From positions 1 through 32,900 of the forward strand of contig JBEKAW010000001.1 in the NCBI GenBank assembly GCA_050015715.1: a DNA stretch of 32,900 nucleotides. The letters are read 5' to 3'. The stretch is from Candidatus Krumholzibacteriaceae bacterium. Its GTDB lineage: Bacteria; Krumholzibacteriota; Krumholzibacteriia; Krumholzibacteriales; Krumholzibacteriaceae. This document shows positions 15,365 through 23,509 of the stretch, one piece after another; within the stretch, counting starts at the first letter, position 1, and each line of letters starts with the position of its first letter. Below the pieces are notes generated by a model. That model saw nothing but the letters and a program-made list of their open reading frames with translations. It was not told where the DNA came from and did no database searches. The translations under genes and the position numbers were made by a program.

Positions 15365-16693
15365 ATGGAAAATGATAAATTAAAATCAATCGTTCTCGTC
15401 GTCGGATCGATCATTCTCCTCACCCTGATGGCCACTCACCCGGGGCTCCAGAGGAACACGATCTGGCATCCTGCCGCGCAGCCGGCCGATACGGCGGTCG
15501 CTTCGACCGGTCCGAAGGCTCCGGATTTCGCCGGAATCGTCTCGCCGAACATGTCGTTCTTCGACCTCATGCTCAAGTGCGGGCTCGACGCCCCGTCGAT
15601 AGAGCTCATCCAGAAGGCCGTGCGAAACGTCTACGATTTCAGGAAAATATACCCCGGGCAGCGCTACGAGGTGTACGCGGCCGACAACGGCGACATCGAA
15701 AGCATGAAGTTCTCGGTCGATGACGAATCCTACATTCACATCAATATCAAGGACGGCGAGATATCGGCCGAGAGATTGGGCTACACCTTCACGGACCAGC
15801 TCAGGACGGTGTCCGGTACGATCACGTCCTCCCTGTACAAGGCGATCGACGAGCAGGGAGTTCCGACCGAGATCGGCGACCAGTTGGCCAACAACATCTT
15901 CGCATGGGACATCGATTTCTTCACCGACATGCGAAAGGGCGATTACTTCAAGGTGATCTACGAGGAGAAGACCCGCTACGATGGAATGAAGAAGATCGGG
16001 CGGATCGTCGCGGCCGAGTTCTACACGCAGGGGAGAAGCCACTACGCGTTCATGTTCGCCAACGAGAACGGGAAGGCCGACTACTTCGACGAGAACGGGA
16101 AGTCGATGAGGAAGCAGCTTCTGAGGGCCCCGCTCACCGTGTCGAGAATCACGTCGAACTTCAGCTATCACCGCTTCCACCCGGTGCTGCATCACTACGC
16201 GCCTCACCTCGGCGTCGATTACGCCGCGCCGATGGGAACGCCTATCATGGCCACGGGGAGCGGCACCGTCATCGCCGCGGAACGAAACCCCGCGAACGGG
16301 AACTACGTCAAGATCCGTCATACGAACAACTACATCACCTACTACCTGCATATGTGCCGCTTCGCGAGCGGAATACATCCCGGCGCGCGCGTGGAGCAAG
16401 GGCAGATCATCGGTTACGTCGGGATGACCGGCTTCGCGACGGGGCCGCACGTCGACTACCGCGTGATGATCAACAACGTCTTCGTCAATCCGCGGACCGT
16501 GTCGCTGCCCCCGGCGAGCCCGATCTCGAACGCGAACATAGCCTCGTTCATCGATCTGCGCGACCGGCATCTCGCCCGCCTCGAAAGCATCGCGGTCGGC
16601 GAGAGCGCGGCGGCGGTCGCGTCGGTCGACGCGCCGGCGAGCGCGGAGCCGGCTCAGGCCCGCGGCCGGACCCCTTCGTCCGTCTCTCATTAG
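15365..16693 (+). CDS. M23 (LytM-type) family metallopeptidase with an N-terminal membrane anchor
   Basis: The anchor is MENDKLKSIVLVVGSIILLTLMA. The H-x3-D motif HLGVD lies at 16205-16219. The second motif reads PHVDY (16448-16456) instead of the canonical HxH. An alternative ATG lies at 15332. Confidence 0.85.
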   Translation: MENDKLKSIVLVVGSIILLTLMATHPGLQRNTIWHPAAQPADTAVASTGPKAPDFAGIVSPNMSFFDLMLKCGLDAPSIELIQKAVRNVYDFRKIYPGQRYEVYAADNGDIESMKFSVDDESYIHINIKDGEISAERLGYTFTDQLRTVSGTITSSLYKAIDEQGVPTEIGDQLANNIFAWDIDFFTDMRKGDYFKVIYEEKTRYDGMKKIGRIVAAEFYTQGRSHYAFMFANENGKADYFDENGKSMRKQLLRAPLTVSRITSNFSYHRFHPVLHHYAPHLGVDYAAPMGTPIMATGSGTVIAAERNPANGNYVKIRHTNNYITYYLHMCRFASGIHPGARVEQGQIIGYVGMTGFATGPHVDYRVMINNVFVNPRTVSLPPASPISNANIASFIDLRDRHLARLESIAVGESAAAVASVDAPASAEPAQARGRTPSSVSH

Positions 16694-16696
16694 AAG

Positions 16697-17272
16697 ATGA
16701 CCGGCAAGAGGATAATTCTCGTGCATGCGTGCTGCGCCTCGTGCTCGAGCTACGTGCTCGCGCATCTCGCCGAGACCTACGAAGTGGTCGCGTACTTTTT
16801 CAATCCGAACATCGAGCCCGCATCCGAGCGCGACCTGCGCCTCCATGAGATGCGGGACGTCTGCGAGGGATTCGGGATCAGGCTCATCGAGGGAGAGGGC
16901 GACGGCTCCGGCTGGTCGAAGGCGATCGAGCCCTACCGGGAGCTCCCCGAGAAGAGCGAGCGCTGCTGGACGTGCTACCGCTTCAGGCTCGATGAAACCG
17001 CGAGAAAGGCGGCCGAGCTCGGCATCGAGCTTTTCACGACGACGCTCTCCGTGAGCCCGCACAAGGTGTACGAGCGGCTCGCCGCGATCGGCCGCGAGGC
17101 CGCCTCGAAGCACGGAGTCGAGTATCTCGCCGAGGACTTCAAGAAGAAGAACGGATTCAAGATCTCGGTCGAGCGAAGCCGCGAGCTGGGCCTCACGAGG
17201 CAGGACTACTGCGGGTGCCTCATGAGCCTCGAGGAGGCCAGGGCACGCAGAGAAGCCGCCGATCAGCAGTGA
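16697..17272 (+). CDS. queH: Epoxyqueuosine reductase QueH (DUF208)
   Basis: 191 aa. ILVHACCASCSSYV, SERCWTCYRFRL, TTTLSVSPHK and DYCGCLMS are the conserved Cys-containing blocks of QueH. The gene starts 3 nt after the M23 stop. Confidence 0.85.
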   Translation: MTGKRIILVHACCASCSSYVLAHLAETYEVVAYFFNPNIEPASERDLRLHEMRDVCEGFGIRLIEGEGDGSGWSKAIEPYRELPEKSERCWTCYRFRLDETARKAAELGIELFTTTLSVSPHKVYERLAAIGREAASKHGVEYLAEDFKKKNGFKISVERSRELGLTRQDYCGCLMSLEEARARREAADQQ

Positions 17273-17280
17273 CCGCGGCC

Positions 17281-17356
17281 GGGGATGGATCTGGCGGCGG
17301 ATCGATGCTGCGGGGGATGGATGCCGGGGATCAATGAGGCGGCGGCGGATCGATGC
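17281..17356. repeat. Short imperfect direct repeats in the convergent queH / selD intergenic region
   Basis: GGGGATGGAT occurs at 17281 and 17313, with a variant GGGGATCAAT at 17326. GGCGGCGGATCGATGC occurs at 17293 and 17341. Confidence 0.5.
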
Positions 17357-17381
17357 GACGGCGGCGCCACTTGCGATTCCG

Positions 17382-18428
17382 TCACGCCCCGAGGATGAGC
17401 CTCTTGTCCGAGGGGGCTTCGACCTCGCCGATGACCGAGGCGGATTTCACTCCACGCTTCTCCAACGCGGCAAGATAACGGGCGGACTTGGCCCGGGGGA
17501 TCGACACGAGGAGCCCCCCCGAGGTCTGCGGGTCGCAGAGGAGCATCTGGAGCGGCGAAGAGATACGCCCCTCGAATACAACGTCGTCCTTCACGTACTC
17601 ATGGTTCGAGAGGCCGCCCCCCGTGAGGAAGCCTCGTTTCGCGAGATCGAGGGCTCCCGGAAGGAACGGAAGCGCCCCCACGCGGATGCGCATGCTCACA
17701 TTCGACGCGCGCGCCATCTCGAGGGCGTGCCCGAGAAAGCCGAAGCCCGTGATGTCGGTGCATGCGTTGGCGCCGAATTCGTGCATCCCGTCCGCCGCGG
17801 CGCGGTTCAGCGTGGCCAATGAACCGTAGAAGAGCTTCTCGCGGCGCGGGGAGAGGGCGCCGTTCTTGAGCGCGGTCGAATAGACGCCCGTCCCGAGCGG
17901 CTTCGTGAGAATGAGAACGTCGCCGTTCCGCGCGCCCTCCCTGCGAAGAATGCGGTCCGGATGGATGAGCCCGGTGACGGAGAGCCCGTACGTGAGCTCG
18001 GAGCCGCGGATCGTGTGCCCCCCGACGATCACCGCCCCCGCCTCGTTCACCTTGTCGGCGCCTCCGCGCAGCATCTCGCCGAGCACCTCCAGAGGGAGAC
18101 TCCCCTCGGGAAACGTGACGATATTGAGCGCGGCGATCGGGCGCCCCCCCATCGCGTAGACGTCGCTCAGGGCGTTCGCCGCCGCCACCTGCCCGAAGAC
18201 GTATGGATCGTCCACGATCGCCGGGAAGAAATCGACGGTCAGAACGAGCGCGGCGTCGTCCGCCACGCGCATGACTCCGCTGTCATCCGCCTGGTTGTAT
18301 CCGACGATCAGGTCGGGATGCTCCTGCGGGGGCAAGGTTTTGAGCACCGGCCACAACTCCGTTGGGCTGAGCTTTGCGGCTCAACCGGCGCAGGACGCCA
18401 TGGCGGTCAGGCGCAGCTTCTTTTTCAC
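17382..18428 (-). CDS. selD: Selenide, water dikinase (selenophosphate synthetase) with an in-frame UGA = selenocysteine at codon 16
   Basis: GTG 18428 is preceded by GGGAGA about 8 nt upstream. The N-terminus reads V-KKKLRLTAMASCAG-[TGA 18381-18383]-AAKLSPTELWPVLKTL.... It aligns without gaps to E. coli IRLTQYSHGAGCGCKISP, with the TGA on Cys17 and a conserved Lys20. The downstream body is typical SelD (DDSGV, VDFFP, NALSDVYAMGG, GGHT). Confidence 0.85.
18350..18383 (-). other. Sec-UGA codon plus a candidate SECIS-like hairpin
   Basis: The mRNA reads UGA, 13 nt, then GCCCAAC-GGA-GUUGUGGC. This can form 7 bp (GCC/GGC and CAAC/GUUG) with a bulged U and a GGA apical loop. I folded it by eye only. 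Confidence 0.4.
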
Positions 18429-18467
18429 GCTTTCTTTCTCCCGCGAAAGGTTCTATTCACCGCTTCC

Positions 18468-18641
18468 TCAGCGGACCTCGCGTATCGCACTCACGGGACA
18501 AGCCTCGACGCACGCGCCGCAGCCCGTGCAGGTGTCGGCATCGATGACGTACGTCTCGGTTCCTTCGCTAATAACCTCCACCGGACACACCGGCAGGCAG
18601 GCTCCGCAACAGATGCATTCGGTCGTTATCTTGTAGATCAT
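18468..18641 (-). CDS. 2x[4Fe-4S] ferredoxin (57 aa)
   Basis: It has two CxxCxxCxxxCP motifs (CICCGACLPVCP and CTGCGACVEACP). ATG 18641 is preceded by GGAGGGG; the track start at 18671 is a GTG. Confidence 0.85.
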   Translation of the reverse strand: MIYKITTECICCGACLPVCPVEVISEGTETYVIDADTCTGCGACVEACPVSAIREVR

Positions 18642-18728
18642 ACACCCCTCCGTGCGATCTAAGGCATTCACCTCATATAATCCGCAAGGCGCCCGAGCGT
18701 CAATTACAATATTCTTCGGGCTCGGGCG

Positions 18729-21320
18729 CTACCGTCCCGCGGGCGCCTCGGGCACGAGGCGAAGGACAACGGCGCGATCCCAGGCGAGCACGGCTCCGAT
18801 CGCTTTGTTCACGTCGTCGGCCGTCACGGCGCCGATCAAGGCGTTCATCGAATGAAACGCGCCGCCCCCATCGAGGAGCACGTCGAATCCGAGCGCGTAG
18901 GCCTCGTTGATGCTCGAAAGGCCGCTTCTCGCGCGCTTGCCGAGAAGACGGCTCTTCGCGATCTCGACCTCGCTCGCGTCGGGCGCGCGCTCCCGCAGGA
19001 GCCGGACCTCGCGCTCGAGCGAAGCGCGGGCCTCCTCGAGCTTCGGGGCGCCCGTGCCGAGATAGGCCATCAGCGCGACCCCCCCGGGGAGCGGCGTGCC
19101 GCCGCATTCAATCGAATACGACAGCCCCTGCTTCTCCCTCATCTCGAGCTGCATGCGGCGGGAGAGAATCTCGGCCGCGACGAGGAGCGACGCGGTCCCC
19201 GCCGGCGTCGGGCACCTTCCGAGCCAACCCGCGGCGATGTAGGCGCCCTCCTTGCGTATCCCCTTCTCGATGGAGGCGGCTTTCACGGAATCGGGGAGCT
19301 GCGGGCATTCCACGGCCGGGCCCGCCGGCAGTTTGCCGACAAGCTCCTTCAGGATCTCGCATCCGCGCTCGGGAGATTCGGGAGAGACGAGCGTGGCGAT
19401 CGTGTTTCCTCCGGCGAAGAGCCTGGCCCTGAGCGTCCGAACATCCTCGAGGGGAACGCGCATCATCGCCCCGGGAGAGGGAAAGAGCGGCGCCCCGTAC
19501 GGATGACTCCCGAACAGCGCCGCCATCATCGCGTTCCGCATCGTGTAGTAGGGCGAGGCCGAGCGCATCCCGACCTCGCGCGCGAGAGACGCCTTGGCGG
19601 CGGTCAGGTCCTCGTCCGTTACCGGGGAATTCACGATATGATTCAGAAGGAGCGAGGCGGCCGCCGCGATGGATTTCGCGGGAGCCTCGAGGCGGATGAA
19701 GGAGTACGATGGATTGAGAAGATAATCGTCCTGCGTAATGTAGGGATTGTCGCCGTACGCGACCTGGGCGCCGAGGGAGTCGAGCTTTTCCGAGAGGACG
19801 CGCCCGGCAGCCGACGACTTGAGGACCGTGAGGAGGAGCTCCGGGAGCCCCGTGGGCGCTGCTGTCTCGCTGCAGGCCCTTCCCCTGAACATGAGATGGA
19901 GCGCCGAGACGGGAGAGCCCGGCCTCGAGACCGCACCCGCGACGCAGCCGTTCGGAAGCGTCTCGATCGCCGGTGTGCGTGGTTCCCCGGCCGGCGCCGC
20001 GGGCTCGGGCCCCTTCCCTATCAGACACGCGTTGAACCTCAAGGGGCTCAAGACGCGCTTGAGGAGCCGCGCGCATTCACTCACCGTCACCTGACTCACG
20101 GCGCCGCACTGCGAGAGATACCGCTCGCCGTAGAGCGCGATCGGCTCGCCGTGCATCATGACGTAGAGATGGTACATCTCCCGGTCGAACATCTCCCCCG
20201 AGAGAAACGAAACGCGTGCGGCCTCGAGATCCCTCTCCGCCGGCGCCCAGCCCGCGAGGCTCTCGAGGGCCTCGGGAATCTTCGCGCAGGCAGCGCTCGC
20301 GGCCTCCGCGTCATCGACGTGGATCCTCAGGGAGGAGAAGCCGCGGCAGATCTCGAGGCTCACGTCCGGCGCGGGAAGAGACAGCGCGGCGAGCTTCTTC
20401 GCAAGAGGGGACGCGTCACCCTCGAGCATTTTCGAGACGAGGAGCGCGGCGGGAAACGCCTTGTCGTCGACCGCGGGAAATGGAACGATCATGTCGAAGC
20501 CCGGCGTCCCGCCGGCGGAGAGCACCGTGATCTCGTCGCTCCACGTTGGCGGGGTGACCGCGGCGCGTGCGGGTCCAATCCGGTCCGCCGGGAAATACTC
20601 GCCGACGAGCCGCTCCGCCATCGCGGGATCGAAGGCCCCCGTGACCACGATTCTCATGTTCGACGGCCGGTAGTACCTGCGCCAGAACGCCTTCAGGACG
20701 GTTTCGCTCATCGTCTCGACCGTCGCGGGGTAACCGATGACGGGCTCCGTGAGCGCGCTTCCCCGGTAGAGGACACGGTCGACGGCGCGGTCGCGCGCCT
20801 CACGGGGATCGTCCGTTTCGCGGCGGATCTCCTCGAGGATCACCTTGCGCTCCTTCTCGAGCTCCTGCGGAATGAAGACCGGATGGAGGAGCATCTGGGA
20901 GAGAACCTCGACGCCCTTCTCGAGCTGCGCCGAGGGAACAAGGAGGAAGTAGACGGTCGTTTCCTTGCGCGTGAAGGCGTTGAGGAATCCGCCGACGTCG
21001 TCCACCCACCCGCTGATCTCCTCGCGGCTGTATCGCTCCGATCCGTCGAAGGCCATGTGCTCGATGAAGTGCGAGGCGCCCCTCGTCTCGCTCGTCTCGC
21101 AGCTCGAGCCCACGTTGACCGCGACCGTGACGCAGACGACGCCGCTTCCCTCCCGCCGGTCGAGCACTATCCCGGGGCCCACCGCGGCCTCGCACGGCGG
21201 CGCAGCACAATACAGAACGCAGAGAGCGACGGCGGCGAGCGGGACGATCACGCTCCCGGCATGGGCGCGACGCGCAAGCCCTCGAAGCGAAAACCACGCA
21301 CGAATCGGGTCTGTCGACAT
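18729..21320 (-). CDS. M16 (pitrilysin/insulinase) family zinc peptidase, two fused M16 units (863 aa), with a signal peptide
   Basis: The inverted zinc motif is HFIEHMAFDGS, with a downstream Glu (RKETTVYF). A second non-catalytic M16-like half follows. The start is ATG 21320 (MSTDPIRAWFSLRGL...VIVPLAAVALCVLYCAAPPCEA). The upstream 79 codons of the track ORF are Arg-rich and overlap lpd. Confidence 0.85.
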   Translation of the reverse strand: MSTDPIRAWFSLRGLARRAHAGSVIVPLAAVALCVLYCAAPPCEAAVGPGIVLDRREGSGVVCVTVAVNVGSSCETSETRGASHFIEHMAFDGSERYSREEISGWVDDVGGFLNAFTRKETTVYFLLVPSAQLEKGVEVLSQMLLHPVFIPQELEKERKVILEEIRRETDDPREARDRAVDRVLYRGSALTEPVIGYPATVETMSETVLKAFWRRYYRPSNMRIVVTGAFDPAMAERLVGEYFPADRIGPARAAVTPPTWSDEITVLSAGGTPGFDMIVPFPAVDDKAFPAALLVSKMLEGDASPLAKKLAALSLPAPDVSLEICRGFSSLRIHVDDAEAASAACAKIPEALESLAGWAPAERDLEAARVSFLSGEMFDREMYHLYVMMHGEPIALYGERYLSQCGAVSQVTVSECARLLKRVLSPLRFNACLIGKGPEPAAPAGEPRTPAIETLPNGCVAGAVSRPGSPVSALHLMFRGRACSETAAPTGLPELLLTVLKSSAAGRVLSEKLDSLGAQVAYGDNPYITQDDYLLNPSYSFIRLEAPAKSIAAAASLLLNHIVNSPVTDEDLTAAKASLAREVGMRSASPYYTMRNAMMAALFGSHPYGAPLFPSPGAMMRVPLEDVRTLRARLFAGGNTIATLVSPESPERGCEILKELVGKLPAGPAVECPQLPDSVKAASIEKGIRKEGAYIAAGWLGRCPTPAGTASLLVAAEILSRRMQLEMREKQGLSYSIECGGTPLPGGVALMAYLGTGAPKLEEARASLEREVRLLRERAPDASEVEIAKSRLLGKRARSGLSSINEAYALGFDVLLDGGGAFHSMNALIGAVTADDVNKAIGAVLAWDRAVVLRLVPEAPAGR

Positions 21321-21343
21321 TGCAAGCCCCCTGTCTCCGACGT

Positions 21344-22720
21344 TTATTTCAAGATATCGATCGCCCTGCCGTAGATGGCTTCGGCCGCCCCGGCGAGAGC
21401 CTCCGAGAGGGTCGGATGCGGAAAGATCGACCCGGCGAACTCCTCGGCCGTGAGCCCCCGGTCGAGCGCGATGATCGCGGGAGCGAGGAGCTCCGTCGCG
21501 TGCGGCCCGATGATGTGGATCCCGAGGAGCTTCTTGTCGCTCGCGCGCGCGACCCACTTCACGAAGCCGTCCTCCTCGCCGAGCCCCTTCGCCTTGCCGT
21601 TCGCCGCGAAGGGGAACCGCGAGGTCACGATCGCGATCCCTTTCGCGCGCGCTTCATCCTCCGTCATTCCGACGCGGGATATCTCGGGCAAGGTGTAGAT
21701 GGTCGATGGAATCGCGTCGTAGCGCATCTCTCGGGAGCCGCCGAGCGCGTTCTCCGCGGCGACGGTCCCTTCGCGGGTCGCGACGTGCGCCAAGAGCGCC
21801 CCGCCCACGACGTCCCCCGCCGCGTACACACCGGAGACCGACGTCTCCATTCTGCCGTTGACCTTGATGCCGGTGCGCGCGGCCTCGACGCCGACGGCCT
21901 CGACCCCGGCGCCCTCGAAATACGGGCGTCTCCCGACCGAGACGAGCGCCGCGTCGGAGACGATCTCGGTGCCGTTGTCGAGGGTCGCGACGACCGTGTC
22001 TCTCTCGACGCGCGCCGACGCCACCTTCGCGCCGAGGTGGAGATCGATGCCTTTCTTGCGGAAAAGCATCTGGAGCGTCCTCGAGATCTGCGCGTCTTCC
22101 GTCGCGACGAGCCCGGGAAGCATTTCGACGATCGTGACCTTCGAGCCGAACGCGTTGAAGATCGAGGCGAATTCGCAGCCGATCACCCCGCCCCCGACGA
22201 TGAGGAGACTCTTCGGAATGCGGCCGATGTCGAGAATGTCCTTGCTGCTCAGAACATGCGTCCCGTCGAACGGCATGAAGGGGAGCATGACCTCGGACGA
22301 GCCCGTCGCGACGATGATCCTCTTCGTCGTCACGGCGCCGACCCCCTCGACCTCGACCTCGGTCGCGCCCGTGAGACGCCCGGCGCCGCGCAGCACGTCG
22401 ATCCTGCGCGCCTTGAGAATCTTCTCCACGCCGGAGACGAGATCCTTCACGATGCGCGACTTGTTGGCGAAGAGGCTCCCGGGCTCGACCGCCACGGAAT
22501 CCCCCGCGATCCCGCGGCCCTTTCCCTCGCGCACGCGCTCGATGAGATGCGCCGCGCCCTGAAGCGCCTTCGTCGGGATGCAGCCCCAGTTCAGACAGGT
22601 GCCGCCGAGCGATTCCTTTTCGACGACGCACACGCGGGCGCCGAGCTGCGCGGCGCGAATCGCGGCGGGGTATCCCGCGGGACCGCCGCCGAGAACGAGA
22701 CAATCATATTCACGCGCCAC
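21344..22720 (-). CDS. lpdA: Dihydrolipoyl dehydrogenase-type flavoprotein disulfide reductase
   Basis: GTG start preceded by GGGAGGA. It has GGGPAGYPAAIRAAQLG (FAD), the redox-active disulfide GGTCLNWGCIPTK, a second dinucleotide fold GGGVIGCEFA, and the C-terminal HPTLSE His-Glu dyad. Confidence 0.9.
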   Translation of the reverse strand: MAREYDCLVLGGGPAGYPAAIRAAQLGARVCVVEKESLGGTCLNWGCIPTKALQGAAHLIERVREGKGRGIAGDSVAVEPGSLFANKSRIVKDLVSGVEKILKARRIDVLRGAGRLTGATEVEVEGVGAVTTKRIIVATGSSEVMLPFMPFDGTHVLSSKDILDIGRIPKSLLIVGGGVIGCEFASIFNAFGSKVTIVEMLPGLVATEDAQISRTLQMLFRKKGIDLHLGAKVASARVERDTVVATLDNGTEIVSDAALVSVGRRPYFEGAGVEAVGVEAARTGIKVNGRMETSVSGVYAAGDVVGGALLAHVATREGTVAAENALGGSREMRYDAIPSTIYTLPEISRVGMTEDEARAKGIAIVTSRFPFAANGKAKGLGEEDGFVKWVARASDKKLLGIHIIGPHATELLAPAIIALDRGLTAEEFAGSIFPHPTLSEALAGAAEAIYGRAIDILK

Positions 22721-22735
22721 GCGGATCCTCCCTCG

Positions 22736-23509
22736 CTAGAAGAGGCGTTCAGCCTTGCCCTTGAGAAGCTTTGCCTGCGAGCGGTTCAGCCGGACCTCGG
22801 TCTTGTCGGCATCCCCCAGGGTCATCATGAAGTTCCCTCCGGACCACGGAACGACGTCCGCGATCTTCCGGATATTGACGAGGTAATCGCCGCCGAGGCG
22901 GATGAAGATCGCGGGGTCGAGCTGGATTTCGACCTCGTCGAGATCGCGGTAGTTGGTCGGAAACTTCCCGTCGTCCGTATGCGCCGTCACGCGGGACCCC
23001 TCGCGGTGAAGCATCGCGACGCGTTCGACGTCGACGAGGAGGGGCTCTTCCCCCCTGCGGACGACGATGCGCGGGAGAAAGCTCGTCCCGATGCGGATGC
23101 TCTCGGCGAGCGCCCTCAGCCGCAGCGCGAACTCCTCGCGCTTCGGCATCGCGCGCCGCGCCCTCCCGAGCGCCTCGTCGAGACGCACGCGGTCGATGGG
23201 CTTGAGGAGATAGTCGAGGGCGTTGACCTCGAACGCCTTGATCGCGTACTGGTCGTAGGCCGTCGCGAAGACGATGAGCGGGAGCGGGCCCGCGTCGAGA
23301 AGCTCCGAAACCACCTGGAAGCCGTTCATCTCGGGCATCTGGATGTCCAGGAACACGAGGTCGGGCTTCTTCCCGCGCACGAGGGCGACCGCCTCGCGCC
23401 CCCCCGAGGCCTCGGCGACGATCTCCAGGTCCTTCTCATGCGAGAGGAGAAAGCGCATCTCGTCGCGCGCGAGCTTCTCGTCATCGACGATGATCACTTT
23501 GATCGGCAC
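22736..23509 (-). CDS. LytR/AlgR-family response regulator (receiver plus LytTR DNA-binding domain)
   Basis: GTG 23509 overlaps the kinase gene end by 16 nt. The receiver reads KVIIVDDE...DLVFLDIQMPEMNG. The C-terminal LytTR block reads LHREGSRVTAHTDDGKFPTNYRDLDEVE...FIRLGGDYLVNIRKI. Confidence 0.88.
   Translation of the reverse strand: MPIKVIIVDDEKLARDEMRFLLSHEKDLEIVAEASGGREAVALVRGKKPDLVFLDIQMPEMNGFQVVSELLDAGPLPLIVFATAYDQYAIKAFEVNALDYLLKPIDRVRLDEALGRARRAMPKREEFALRLRALAESIRIGTSFLPRIVVRRGEEPLLVDVERVAMLHREGSRVTAHTDDGKFPTNYRDLDEVEIQLDPAIFIRLGGDYLVNIRKIADVVPWSGGNFMMTLGDADKTEVRLNRSQAKLLKGKAERLF

Noticed and set aside
17382-18428. selD as a 5'-truncated gene or pseudogene because of the stop codon at 18381-18383.
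   Set aside because: The single TGA aligns precisely with the catalytic Cys/Sec position. The upstream 15 codons reproduce the conserved SelD N-terminus and have their own SD and start. Sec recoding explains it better than decay.
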